Assembly (NCBI RefSeq): GCF_009914755.1 | Contig: NC_060933.1 | DNA: 64,000 nucleotides | Origin: the human T2T-CHM13v2.0 reference genome, Homo sapiens | Strand: one strand, 5' to 3' | Shown: positions 28,401 through 43,100 of the stretch, piece after piece | How the letters are laid out: each line of letters begins with the position of its first letter | Numbering within the stretch: position 1 is the stretch's first letter | Translations under genes and position numbers: made by a program | Notes under the pieces: model-generated | The model's database searches: none | What the model saw: only the letters and a program-made list of their open reading frames with translations | Told to the model about the DNA's origin: nothing

Positions 28401-31400
28401 TGGAATGGAACGGAACGGAACGGAACGGAACGGAATAGAATGGAATGGAACGGAAAGGAATGGAATGGAATGGAATGGAATGGAATGGAATGGAATGGAA
28501 TGGAATCAACGCGAGTGCAGGGGAATGGAATGGAATGGAATGCAATGGAATGGAATCTTCCGGAATGGAATGGAATGGAATGGAATGGAATGAAATGCAA
28601 TGGATTCAACTCGATTGCAATGGAATGGAATAGAATGGAATGGAATGGAATGGAATGGAATTAACGCGAATAGAATGGAATGGAATGGAATGGAACGGAA
28701 TGGAACGGAACGGAATGGAATGGAATGGAATGGAATGGAATGGTATGGAATGGAATGGAATTGTACGGAATAGAATGGAATGGAAAGAATTGTAATGGAA
28801 TGGAATTGAATGGAATGGAATGGAATGGAATGGAATCAACGCGAGTGCAGGGGAATGTAATGGAACGGAATGCAATGGAATGGAATCATCCGGAATGGAA
28901 TGGAATGGAATGGAATAGAATGGAATGGAATGGAATCAACTCGATTGGAATGGAATGGAATGGAATGGAATGGAATGGAATGGAATGGAATGGAATGGAA
29001 TTAACCCGAATACAATGGAATGGAATGGAATGGAACGGAACGGAACGGAATGGAATGGAATGGAATGGAATGGAATGGAATGGAAACAACCCGACTGCAG
29101 GGGAATGGAATGGAATGGAATGCAATGGAATGGATTCAACTTGAATGGAATGGAAAGAATGGAATCAACACGAGTGGAATGGCATGGATTGTAATGGAAT
29201 GGAATGGAATCAACCCGAGTACACGGGAATGGAATGGAATGGAATGCAATGGAATGGAATCATCCGTAATGGAATGGAAAGGAATGGAATAGAATGGAAT
29301 GGAATGGAATGGAATGGAATCAACTCGATTGCAATCGAATGGAATGGAATGGAATTAACCCGAATAGAATGGAATGGAATGGAATGGAACGGAACGGAAC
29401 GGAATGGAATGGATTGGAATGGAATGGAATGGAATGGAATGGAACGGAAAGGAATGGATTGGAATGGAATGGAATGGAATGGAATGGAATGGAATGGAAT
29501 CAACGCGAGTGCAGGGGAATGGAATGGAATGGAATGGAATGGAATGGAATGGAATGGAATGGAATGCAATGGAATGGAATCTTCCGGAATAGAATGGAAT
29601 GGAATGGAATGGAATGGAATGGAATGGAATGGAATGGAATAAACCCGAGTGCAATGGAATGGAGTGCAATGGAATGGAATGGAATGGAACAACCCGAATG
29701 GAATGGAATGTAATGGAGAGTAAGGGAGTTGAATAGAATCAATCCGAATGTAATGGAATGGAATGGAACGGAATGGAATTGAATGGAATGGAATGGAATG
29801 CAATGGAATGGAATCAACCCGAGTGCAATGGAATGGAGAGGAATGGAATGGAATGGAATGGAAACTACCCGAATGGAATGGAATGTAATGGAGTGTAAGG
29901 GAATTGAATAGAATCAATCCGAATGTAAAGGAATGGAATGGAACGGAATGGAATGGAATGGAATGGAATGGAATGCAATGGAATGGAATCAACCCGAGTG
30001 CAGTCGAATGGAATCGAATGGAATGGAATGCAATGGAATGGATTCAACATGAATGGAATGGAAAGAATGGAATCAACACGAGTGGAAAGGCATGGATTGG
30101 AATGCAATGGAATGGAATCAACCCGAGTACAGGGGAATGGAATGGAATGGAATGCAATGGAATGGAATCATCCGTAATGGAATGGAAAGGAATTGAATGG
30201 AATGGAATGGAATGGAATGGAATGGAATCAACTCGATTGCAATTGAATGGAATGGAATGGAATTAACCCGAATAGAATGAAATGGAATGGAATGGAACGG
30301 AACGGAATGGAATGGAATGGAATGGAATGGAATGGAACGGAAAGGAAGGGAATGGAATGGAATAGAATGGAATGGAATGGAATCAACGCGAGTGCAGGGG
30401 AATGGAATGGAATGGAATGCAATGGAATGGAATCTTCCGGAATGGAATGGAATGGAATGGAATGGAATGGAATGGAATGGAATCAACCCGAGTGCAATGG
30501 AATGGAGTGGAATGGAATGGAATGGAATGGAACAACCCGAATGGAATGGAATGTAATGGAGAGTAAGGGAGTTGAATAGAATCAATCCGAATGTAATGGA
30601 ATGGAATGGAACGGAATGGAATTGAATGGAATGGAATGGAATGCAATGGAATGGAATCAACCCGAGTTCAATGGAATGGAGAGGAATGGAATGGAATGGA
30701 ATGGAAACTACCCAAATGGAATGGAATGTAATGGAGTGTAAGGGAATTGAATAGAATCAATCCGAATGTAATGGAATGGAATGGAACGGAATGGAATGGA
30801 ATGGAATGGAATGGAATGGAATGCAATGGAATGGAATCAACCCGAGTGCAATCGAATGGAATCGAATGGAATGGAATGCAATGGAATGGATTCAACTTGA
30901 ATGGAATGGAAAGAATGGAATCAACACGAGTGGAATGGCATGGATTGGAATGGAATGGAATGGAATCAACCCGAGTACAGGGGAATGGAATGGAATGGAA
31001 TGCAATGGAATGGAATCATCCGTAATGGAATGGAAAGGAATGGAATGGAATGGAATGGAATGGAATGGAATGGAATGGAATCAACTCGATTGCAATCGAA
31101 TGGAATGGAATGGAATTAACCCGAATAGAATGGAATGGAATGGAATGGAACGGAACGGAATGGAATGGAATGGAATGGAATGGAACGGAACGGAATGGAA
31201 TGGAATGGAATGGAATGGAATGAAATGGAATCAATGCGAGTGCAGGGGAATGGAATGGAATGGAATGCAATGGAATGAAATCTTCCGGAATGGAATGGAA
31301 TGGAATGGAATGGAATGGAATGGAATGAAATGCAATGGATTCAACTCGATTGCAATGGAATGGAATAGAATGGAATGGAATGGAATGGAATGGAATTAAT

Positions 31401-34400
31401 CCGAATAGAATGGAATGGAATGGAATGGAACGGAATGGAACGGAATGGAATGGAATGCAATGGAATGGAATGGTATGGAATGGAATGGAATGGTACGGAA
31501 TAGAATGGAATGGAACGAATTGTAATGGAATGGAATGGAATGGAATGGAATGGAATGGAATGGAATCAACGCGAGTGCAGGGGAATGTAATGGAAAGGAA
31601 TGCAATGGTATGGAATCATCCGGAATGGAATGGAATGGAATGGAATGGAATGGAATCAACCCGAGTGCAATGGAATGCAGTGGAATGCAATGGAATGGAA
31701 TGGAACAACCCGAATGGAATGGAATGTAATGGAGAGTAAGGGAGTTGAATAGAATCAATCCGAATGTAATGGAATGGAATGCAACGGAATGGAATGGAAT
31801 GGAATGGCATGGAATGCAATGGAATTGAATCAACCCGAGTACCATGGAATGGAATGGAATGGAATGGAATGATACGGAATAGAATGGAATGGAACGAAAT
31901 GGAATGGAATGGAATGGAATGGAATGGAATGGAATCGTTCCGAGTGGAATAGGAGGGAATGTATTCGAGTGGAATGGAAAGGAATGGTATCAACCAGAGT
32001 GGAATGGAAGGGAATGGAATGGAATGGAAACTAATAGAATGGAATCAACCCGAGTGGAATGGAATCGAAAGGACTGGAATGGAATGGAATGGAATGGAAT
32101 CAACTCGATTGTAATGGAATGGAATGGAATGGAATGGAATGGAATGGAATGGAATGGAATTAACCCGAATACAATGGAATGGAATGGAATGGAACGGAAT
32201 GGAGTGGAATGGAATAGAATCAACCCGAGTGCAGGGGAATGGAATGGAATGGAATGCAATGGAATGGAATCATCCGGAATGGAATGGAATGGAATGGAAT
32301 GCAAAGCAATGGAATCAACTCGATTGCAATGGAATGGAATGGAATGGAAAGGAGTACATTGGAATCAAGCCGAGTGGAATGGAATGGAAAGGACTGGAAT
32401 GGAGTGGAATGGAATGGAATGGAATAGAACGGAATCAACTCGATTGGAATGGAATGGAATGGAATGGAATGGAATTAACCCGAATAGAATGGAATGGAAT
32501 GGAATGGAACAGAACGGAACGGAATGGAATGGAATGGAATGGAATGGAATGGAATGGAATGGAATCAACCCGACTGCAGGGGAATGGAATGGAATGGAAG
32601 GCAATGGAATTGATTCAACTTGAATGGAAAGGAAAGAATGGAATCAACACGAGTGGAATGGCATGGATTGGAATGGAATGGAATGGAATCAACCCGAGTA
32701 CAGGGGAATGGAATGGAATGGAATGCAGTGGAATGGAATCATCCGTAATGGAATGGAAAGGAATGGAATGGAATGGAATGGAATGGAATGGAATGGAATG
32801 GAATCAACTCGATTGCAATCGAATGGAATGTAATGGAATTAACCCGAATAGAATGGAATGGAATGGAATGGAACGGAACGGAACGGAACGGAACGGAACC
32901 GAGTGGAATGGAATGGAATGGAATTGTATGGAATGGAATGGCATGGTACGGAATAGAATGGAATGGAAAGAATTGGAATGGAATGGAATCGAATGGAATA
33001 GAGTGGAATGGAATGGAATCAACCCGAGTGCAGGGGAATGTAATGGAATGGAATGCAATGGAATGGAATCATCCGGAATGGAATGGAATGGAATGGAATG
33101 GAATGGAATGGAATCAACCCGAGTGCAATGGAATGGAGTGGAATGGAATGGAATGGAATGGAACAACCCGAATGGAATGGAATGTAATTGATAGTAAGGG
33201 AGTTGAATAGAATCAATCCGAATGTAATGGAATGGAACGGAATGGAATGGAATGGAATGGAATAGAATGGAATGGAATGGAATGCAATGGAATGGAATCA
33301 ACCCGAGTACAATGGAACGGAATGGAATGGAATGGAATGTAATGGAATGGAATGGAATGGAATGGAATGGAATCAACCCGAGTGCAATGGAAACTACCCG
33401 AATGGAATGGAATGTAATGGAGTGTAAGGGAATTGAATATTATCAATCCGAATGGAATGGAATGGAATGGAACGGAATGTAATGGAATGGAATGGAATGG
33501 AATTAACCCGAGTGCAGGGGAATGGAATGGAATGGAATGCAATGGAATGGAATCATCCGGAATGGAATGGAATGGAATGCAATGGAATGGAATGGAATGG
33601 AATCAACCCGAGTGCAATGGAATGGAGTGAAATGGAATGGAATGGAATGGAAACAACCAGAATGGATTGGAATATAATGGAGTGTAAGGGAATTGAATAG
33701 AATAAATCTGAATGTAATGAAATGGAATGGAACGGAATGGAATGGAATGGAATGGAATGGAATGCAATGGAATGGAATCAACCTGAGTGCAATCGAATGG
33801 AATCGAATAGAATGGAATGCAATGGAATGGATTCAACTTGAATGGAATGGAAAGAATGGAATCAACACGAGTGGAATGGCATGGATTGGAATGGAATGGA
33901 ATGGAATCAACCCGAGTACAGGGGAAAGGAATGGAATGGAATGCAATGGAATGGAATCATCCGTAATGGAATGGAAAGGAATGGAATGGAATGGAATGGA
34001 ATGGAATGGAATGGAATGGAATGGAATCAACTCGATTGCAATCGAAAGGAATGGAATGGAATTAACCGAATAGAATGGAATGGAAGGTAATGCAGAGTAA
34101 GGGAGTTGAAAAGAATCAATCCGAATGTAATGGAATGGAATGGAACGGAATGGAATGGAATGGAATGGAATGGAATGGAATGCAATGGAATGGAATCAAC
34201 CCGAGTACAATGGAATGGAATGGAATGGAATGGAATTGAATGGAATGGAATGGAATGCAATGGAATGGAATCTTCTGGAATGGAATGGAATGGAATGGAA
34301 TGGAGTGGAATGCAATGGATTCAACTCGATTGCAATGGAATGGAATAGAATGGAATGGAATGGAATGGAATATAATGGAATTAAACCGAATAGAATGGAA

Positions 34401-35900
34401 TGGAATGGAATGGAACGGAACAGAACGGAACGGAACGGAACGGAGTGGAATGGAAGGGAATGGAATTGTATGGAATGGAATGGAATGGTACGGAATAGAA
34501 TGGAATGGAAAGAATTGGAATGGAATGGAATCGAATGCAATGGAATGGAATGGAATGGAATGGAATCAACCCGAGTGCAGGGGAATGTAATGGAACGGAA
34601 TGCAATGGAATGGAATCATCCGGAATGGAATGGAATGGAATGGAATGGAATGGAATGGAATGGAATCAACCCGAGCGCAATGGAATGGAGTGGAATGGAA
34701 TGGAATGGAATGGAACAACCCGAATGGAATGGAATGTAATGGAGAGTAAGGGAGTTGAATAGAATCAATCCGAATGTAATGGAAGGGAACGGAATGGAAT
34801 GGAATGGAATGGAATGGAATGGAATGGAATGGAATGGAATGCAATGGAATGGAATCAACCCGAGTACAATGGAACGGAATGGAATGGAATGTAATGTAAT
34901 GGAATGGAATGGAATGGAATGGAATGGAATCAACCCGAGTGCAATGGAATGGAGTGAAATGGAATGGAATGGAATGGAGACAACCAGAATGGATTGGAAT
35001 ATAATGGAGTACAAGGGAATTGAATAGAATCAATCTGAATGTAATGAAATGGAATGTAACGGAATGGAATGGAATGGAATGGAATGGAATGGAATGGAAT
35101 GGAATGGAATGGAGACAACCCGACTGCAGGGGAATGGAATGGAATGGAATGCAATGGAATGGATTCAACTTGAATGGAATGGAAAGAATGGAATCAACAC
35201 GAGTGGAATGGCATAGATTGGAATGGAATGGAATGGAATCAACCCGAGTACAGGGGAATGGAATGGAATGTAATGCAATGGAATGGAATCATCCGTAATG
35301 GAATGGAATGGAATGGAATGGAATGGAATGGAATGGAATGGAATGGAATCAACTCGATTGCAATCGAATGGAATGGAATGGAACTAACCCGAATAGAATG
35401 GAATGGAATGGAATGGAACGGAACGGAACGGAACGGAACGGAATAGAATGGAATGGAACGGAAAGGAATGGAATGGAATGGAATGGAATGGAATGGAATG
35501 GAATGGAATGGAATGGAATCAACGCGAGTGCAGGGGAATGGAATGGAATGGAATGCAATGGAATGGAATCTTCCGGAATGGAACGGAATGGAATGGAATG
35601 GAATGGAATGGAATAAACCCGAGTGCAATGGAATGGAGTGGAATGGAATGGAATGGAATGGAACAACCCGAATGGAATGGAATGTAATGGAGAGTAAGGG
35701 AGTTGAATAGAATCAATCCGAATGTAATGGAATGGAATGGAACGGAATGGAATTGAATGGAATGGAATGGAATGCAATGGAATGGAATCAACCCGAGTTC
35801 AATGGAATGGAGAGGAATGGAATGGAATGGAATGGAAACTACCCGAATGGAATGGAATGTAATGGAGTGTAAGGGAATTGAATAGAATAAATCCGAATGT
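20500..35900 (+). repeat. Older ~9.7 kb tandem duplication (about 20.5-30.2 kb copied to 30.2-35.9 kb) with internal deletions in the second copy; boundaries approximate
   Basis: Private markers shared in order: AATCAAGCCG (22691/32363), GGAACCGAGTGG (23223/32895), TTGAATATTATC (23771/33433), TAACCGAAT (24391/34063), then GAGCGCAATGG (27700/34673) and GAGTACAAGGG (28029/35007). Offset drops from ~9670 to ~6980 at ~34080. Confidence 0.8.
30835..30990 (+). repeat. pHuR98-like SatIII block (representative copy; recurs throughout the window), suggesting the chr9q12 HSat3B-type array
   Basis: Seen: AATCAACCCGAGTGCAATCGAATGGAATCG...GGATTCAACTTGAATGGAATGGAAAGAATGGAATCAACACGAGTGGAATGGCATGGATTGG...CAACCCGAGTACAGGGG. 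Further copies at ~901, 5079, 8403, 11751, 13949, 16313, 17430, 24946, 36076, 44137, 57187, 59229. The match to pHuR98/9q12 is from recall, not from a search. Confidence 0.7.
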
Positions 35901-35985
35901 AATGGAATGGAAACTACCCGAATGCAATGGAATGTAATGGAGTGTAAGGGAATTGAATAGAATCAATCCGAATGTAATGGAATGG
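35836..35985 (+). repeat. Local 75-bp tandem repeat of the AAACTACCCG...GGAGTGTAAGGGAATTGAATAG module
   Basis: AAACTACCCG at 35836 and 35911, each followed by GGAGTGTAAGGGAATTGAATAGAAT. Confidence 0.7.
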
Positions 35986-37118
35986 AATGGAACGGAATGG
36001 AATGGAATGGAATGGAACGGAATGGAATGGAATGGAATGGAATGGATTGGAATGGAATGGAATGCAATGGAATGGAATCAACCCGAGTGCAATCGAATGG
36101 AATCGAATGGAATGGAATGCAATGGAATGGATTCAACTTGAATGGAATGGAAAGAATGGAATCAACACGAGTGGAATGGCATGGACTGGAATGGAATGGA
36201 ATGGAATCAACCCGAGTACAGGGGAATGGAATGGAATGGAATGCAATGGAATGGAATCATCCGTAATGGAATGGAAAGGAATGGAATGGAATGGAATGGA
36301 ATGGAATGGAATGGAATCAACTCGATTGCAATCGAATGGAATGGAATGGAATTAACCCGAATAGAATGGAATGGAATGGAATGGAACGGAACGGAATGGA
36401 ATGGAATGGAATGGAATGGAATGGAACGGAAAGGAAGGGAATGGAATGGAATGGAATGGAATGGAATGGAATGGAATGGAATCAACGCGAGTGCAGGGGA
36501 ATGGAATGGAATGGAATGCAATGGAATGGAATCTTCCGGAATGGAATGGAATGGAATGGAATGGAATCAACCCGAGTGCAATGGAATGGAGAGGAATGGA
36601 ATGGAATGGAATGGAACAACCCGAATGGAATGGAATGTAATGGAGAGTAAGGGGGTTGAATAGAATCAATCCGAATGTAATGGAATGGAATGGAACGGAA
36701 TGGAATTGAATGGAATGGAATGGAATGCAATGGAATGGAATCAACCCGAGTGCAATGGAATGGAGAGGAATGGAATGGAATGGAATGGAAACTACCCGAA
36801 TGGAATGGAATGTAATGGAGTGTAAGGGAATTGAATAGAATCAATCCGAATGGAATGGAATGGAATGGAATGGAATGGAATGGAATGGAATGGAATGGAA
36901 TGCAATGGAATGGAATCAACCTGAGTGCAATCGAATGGAATCGAATGGAATGGAATGCAATGGAATGGATTCAACTTGAATGGAATGGAAAGAATGGAAT
37001 CAACACGAGTGGAATGGAATGGATTGGAATGGAATGGAATGGAATCAACCCGAGTACAGGGGAATGGAATTGAATGGAATGCAATGGAATGGAATCATCC
37101 GTAATGGAATGGAAAGGA

Positions 37119-40100
37119 ATGGAATGGAATGGAATGGAATGGAATGGAATGGAATCAACTCGATTGCAATCGAATGGAATGGAATGGAATTAACCCGAAT
37201 AGAATGGAATGGAATGGAATGGAACGGAACGGAATGGAATGTAATGGAATGGAATGGAATGGAATCAACGCGAGTGCAGGGGAATGGAATGGAATGGAAT
37301 GCAATGGAATGGAAACTTCCGGAATGGAATGGAATGGAATGGAATTGAATGGAATGGAATGGAATCAACCCGAGTGCAATGGAATGGAGTGGAATGGAAT
37401 GGAGTGGAATGGAACAACCCGAATGGAATGGAATGGAATGGAGAGTAAGGGAGTTGAATAGAATCAATCCGAATGTAATGGAATGGAATGGATCGGAATG
37501 GAATTGAATGGAATGTAATGGAATGCAATGGAATGGAATCAACCCGAGTGCAATGGAATGGAGAGGAATGGAATGGAATGGAATGGAAACTACCCGAATG
37601 GAATGGAATGTAATGGAGTGTAAGGGAATTGAATAGAATCACTCCGAATGTAATGGAATGGAATGGAACGGAATGGAATGGAATGGAATGGAATGGAATC
37701 AACGCGAGTGCAGGGGAATGGAAAGGAATGGAATGCAATGGAATGGAATCTTCCGGAATGGAATGGAATGGAATGGAATGGAATGAAATGCAATGGATTC
37801 AACTCGATTGCAATGGAATAGAATAGAATGGAATGGAATGGAATGGAATGGAATTAATCCGAATAGAATGGAATGGAATGGAATGGAACGGAATGGAACG
37901 GAATGGAATGGAATGGAATGCAATGGAATGGTATGGAATGGAATGGAATGGTACGGAATAGAATGGAATGGAAAGAATTGTAATGGAATGGAATTGAATG
38001 GAATGGAATGGAATGGAATGGAATCAACGCGAGTGCAGGGGAATGTAATGGAACGGAATGCAATGGAATGGAATCATCCGGAATGGAATGGAATGGAATG
38101 CAATGGAATGGAATCAACCCGAGTGCAATGGAATGGAATGGAATGGAATGGAATGGAATGGAACAACCCGAATGGAATGGAATGTAATGGAGAGTAAGGG
38201 AGTTGAATAGAATCAATCCGAATGTAATGGAATGGAATGCAACGGAATGGAATGGAATGGAATGGAATGGAATGCAATGGAATGGAATCAACCCGAGTAC
38301 AATGGAATGGAATGGAATGGAATGGAATGGAATGGAATGGAATGCAATGGAATGGAATGGAATGGAATGATACGGAATAGAATGGAATGGAACGAAATGG
38401 AATGGAATGGAATGGAATGGAATGGAATGGAATGGAATGGAATGGAATCGTTCCGAGTGGATTAGGAGGGAATGTATTCGAGTGGAATGGAAAGGAATGG
38501 AATCAACCAGAGTGGAATGGAAGGGAATGGGATGGAATGGAAAATAATAGAATGGAATCAACCCGAGTGGAATGGAATGGAAAGGACTGTAATGCAATGG
38601 AATGGAATGGAATGGAATGCAATGGAATGGAATCAACGCGAGTGCAGGGGAATGGAATGGAATGGAATGCAATGGAATGGAATCTTCCGGAATGGAATGG
38701 AATGGGTTGGAATGAAATGCAATTGATTCAACTCGATTGCAATGGAATGGAATAGAATGGTATGGAATGGAATGGAATGGAATGGAATTAACCCGAATAG
38801 AATGGAATGGAATGGAATGGAACGGAATGGAACGGAATGGAATGGAATGGAATGGAATGGAATGGTATGGAATGGAATGGAATGGAATGGAATGGAATTG
38901 AATGGAATCAACCCGAGTGTAATGGAATGGCGTGGAATGGAATGGAATGGAATGGAACAACCCGAATTGAATGGAATGTAATGGAGAGTAAGGGAGTTGA
39001 ATAGAATCAATCCGAATGTAATGGAATGGAATGCAACGGAATGGAATGGAATGGAATGGAATGGAATGCAATGGAATGGAATCAACCCGAGTACAATGGA
39101 ATGGAATGGAATGGAATGGAATGGAATGGAATGGAATGGAATGCCTTCAAACCAAATGGAATGGAAAGGAATGGAATCAACACGAGTGGAATGGAATGGA
39201 ATGGAATGGAATGGAATGGAATGGAATGGAATGCAATCGTTCCGAGTGGAATAGGAGGGAATGTATTCGAGTGGAATACAAAGGAATGGAATCAACCAGA
39301 GTGGAATGGAAGGGAATGGAATGGAATGGAAACTAATAGAATGGAATCAACCCGAGTGGAATGGAATGGAAAAGACTGGAATGGAAAGGAATGGAATGGA
39401 ATGGAATGGAATCAACGCGAGTGCACGGGAATGGAATGGAATCGAATGGAATGGAATGGAATCAACCCGAGTGCAATCGAATGGAATCGAATGGAATGGA
39501 ATGCAATGGAATGGATTCAACTTGAATGGAAAGGAAAGAATGGAATCAACACGAGTGGAATGGCATGGATTGGAATGGAATGGAATGGAATCAACCCGAG
39601 TACAGGGGAATGGAATGGAATGGAATGCAATGGAATGGAATCATCAGTAATGGAATGGAAAGGAATGGAAAGGACTGGAATGGAATGGAATGGAATGGAA
39701 TGGAATGCAATCAAATCGATTGCAATGGAATGGAATGGAATGGAATTAACCCGAATAGAATGGAATGGAATGGAATGGAACGGAACGGAACGGAATGGAA
39801 TGGAATGGAATGGAATGGAATGGAACGGAAAGGAATGGAATGGAATGGAATGGAACGGAATGGAAAGGAATCGAATCAACGCGAGTGCAGAGGAATGGAA
39901 TGGAATCGAATGGAATGGAAAGGAATGGAATGGAATTAACCCTAGTGCAGGGGAAGGTAATGGAACCGAATGCAATGGAATGCAATCATCCGGAATGGAA
40001 TGGAATGGAATGGAATGGAATCAACCCGAGTGCAATGGAATGGAGTTGAATGGAAAGGAATGGAATGGAACAACCCGAATGGAATGGAATGTAATGGAGA

Positions 40101-43100
40101 GTAAGGGAGTTGAAAAGAATCAATCCGAATGTAATGGAATGGAATGGAACGGAATGGAATGGAATGGGATGGAATGGAATGGAATGCAATGGAATGGAAT
40201 CTACCTGAGTACAATGGAATGGAATGGAATGGAATGGAATGGAATGGAATGGAATGCAATGGAATGGAATGCAATGTAATGGAATCTTCCGGAATGGAAT
40301 GGAATGGAATGGAATGGAATGCAATGGATTCAACTCGATTGCAATGGAATGGAATAGAATGGAATGGAGTGGAATGGAATGGAATGGAATTAAACCGAAT
40401 AGCATGGAATGGAATGGAATGGAACGGAACAGAACGGAACGGAACGGAACGGAGTGGAATGGAATGGAATGGAATTGTATGGAATGGAATGGAATGGTAC
40501 GGAATAGAATGGAATGGAAAGAATTGGAATGGAATGGAATCGAATGGAATCGAATGGAATGGAATGGAATCAACCCGAGTGCAGGGGAATGTAATGGAAC
40601 GGAATGCAATGGAATGGAATCATCCGGAATGGAATGGAATGGAACGGAATGGAATGGAATGGAATGGAATGGAATCAACCCGAGTGCAATGGAATGGAGT
40701 GGAATGGAATGGAATGGAATGGAACAACCCGAATGGAATGGAATGTAATGGAGAGTAAGGGAGTTTGATAGAATCAATCCGAATGTAATGGAATGGAACG
40801 GAATGGAATGGAATGGAATGGAATGGAATGGAATGGAATGGAATGGAATGCAATGGAATGGAATCAAACAGAGTGCAATGGAATGGAGAGGAATGGAATG
40901 GAATGGAATGGAAACTACCCCAATGGAATGGAATGTAATGGAGTGTAAGGGAATTGAATAGAATCAATCCGAATGGAATGGAATGGAATGGAATGGAATG
41001 GAATCAACTCGATTGCAATCGAATGGAATGGAATGGAATTAACCCGAATAGAATGTAATGGAATGGAATGGAACGGAACGGAACGCAATGGAATGGAATG
41101 GAATGGAATGGAATGGAACGGAAAGGAAGGGAATGGCATGGAATAGAATGGAATGGAATGGAATCAACGCGAGTGCAGGGGAATGGAATGGAATGGAATG
41201 CAATGGAATGGAATCTTCCGGAATGGAATGGAATGGAATGGAATGGAATGGAATGGAATCAACCCGAGTGCTATGGAAAGGAGTGGAATGGAATGGCATG
41301 GAATGGAACAACCTGAATGGAATGGAATGTATTGGAGAGTAAGGGAGTTGAATAGAATCAATCCGAATGTAATGGAATGGAATGGAACGGAATGGAATTG
41401 AATGGAATGGAATGGAATGCAATGGAATGGAATCAACCCGAGTGCAATGGAATGGAGAGGAATGGAATGGAATGGAATGGAAACTACCCGAATGGAATGG
41501 AATGTAATGGAGTGTAAGGGAATTGAATAGAATCAATCCGAATGTAATGGAATGGAATGGAACGGAATGGAATGGAAAGGAATGGAATGGAATGGAATGG
41601 AATGGAATGGAATGCAATGGAATGGAATCAACCCGAGTGCAATCGAATGGAATCGAATGGAATGGAATGCAATGGAATGGATTAAACTTGAATGGAATGG
41701 AAAGAATGGAATCAACACGAGTGAAATGGCATGGCTTGGAATGGAATGGAATGGAATCAACCCGAGTACAGGGGAATGGATTGGAATGGAATGTAATGGA
41801 ATGGAATCATCCGTAATGGAATGGAAAGGAATGGAATGGAATGGAATGGAATGGAATGGAATGGAATGGAATCAACTCGATTGCAATCGAATGGAATGGA
41901 ATGGAATTAACCCGAATAGAATGGAATGGAATGGAATGGAACGGAACGGAAAGGAATGGAATGGAATGGAATGGAATGGAATGGAACGGAACGGAACGGA
42001 ACGGAATGGAATGGAATGGAATGGAATGGAATGGAATGCAATGGAATGGAATCTTCCGGAATGGAATGGAATGGAATGGAATGGAATGAAATGCAATGGA
42101 TTCAACTCGATTGCAATGGAATGGAATAGAATGGTATGGAATGGAATGGAATGGAATTAATTCGAACAGAATGGAATGGAATGGAATGGAACGGAAAAGA
42201 ACGGAATGGAATGGAATGGAATGGAATGGTATGGAATGGAATGGAATGGTACGGAATAGAATGGAATGGAACGAATTGTAATGGAATGGAATTGAATGGA
42301 ATGGAATGGAATCAACGCGAGTGCAGGGGAATGTAATGGAACGGAATGCAATGGAATGGAATCATCCGGAATGGAATGGAATGGAATGGAATGGAATGGA
42401 ATCAACCCGAGTGCAATGGAATGGAGTGGAATGGAATGGAATGGAATGGAACAACCTGAATGGAATGGAATGTAATGGAGAGTAAGGGAGTTGAATAGAA
42501 TCAATCCGAATGTAAAGGAATGGAATGCAACGGAATGGAATGGAATGGAATGCAATGGAATGTAATGGAATTGAATCAACCCGAGTACAATGGAATGGAA
42601 TGGAATGGAATGGAATGGAATGATACGGAATAGAATGGAATGGAACGAAATGGAATGGAATGGAATGGAATGGAATGGAATGGAATGGAATGAAATGAAA
42701 TCGTTCCGAGTGGAATAGTAGGGAATGTATTCGAGTGGAATGGAAAGGAATGGAATCAACCAGAGTGGAATGGAAGTGAACGGAATGGAATGGAAATTAA
42801 TAGAATGGAATCAACCCGAGAGGAATGGAATGGAAAGGACTGGAATGGAATGGAATGGAATGGAATCAACTCGATTTTAATGGAATGGAATGGAATGGAA
42901 TGGAATGGAATGGAATTAACCCGAATACAATGCAATGGAATGGAATGGAACGGAATGGAGTGGAATGGAATGGAATCAACCCGAGTGCATGGGAATGGAA
43001 TGGAATGGAATGCAATGGAATGGAATCATCCGGAATGGAATGGAATGGAATGGAATGCAAAGCAATGGAATCAACTCGATTGCAATGGAATGGAATGGAA

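Noticed and set aside
37854-39071. 405-aa minus-strand ORF (twin 46109..47326) and other IPFHS-repeat ORFs
   Set aside because: Reverse-complement artefact of the same stop-free pentamer. The twin identity reflects the 8255-bp duplication, not coding constraint.
39026-40279. 417-aa ORF (and its twin 47281..48534) plus hundreds of MEWNG-repeat ORFs on +
   Set aside because: (GGAAT)n has no stop codon and an ATG every 5 bp, so long ORFs appear in all frames. There is no domain, codon structure or frame preference. Poly-WNGME translation is known for the SCA31 (UGGAA)n expansion, but nothing here supports translation.
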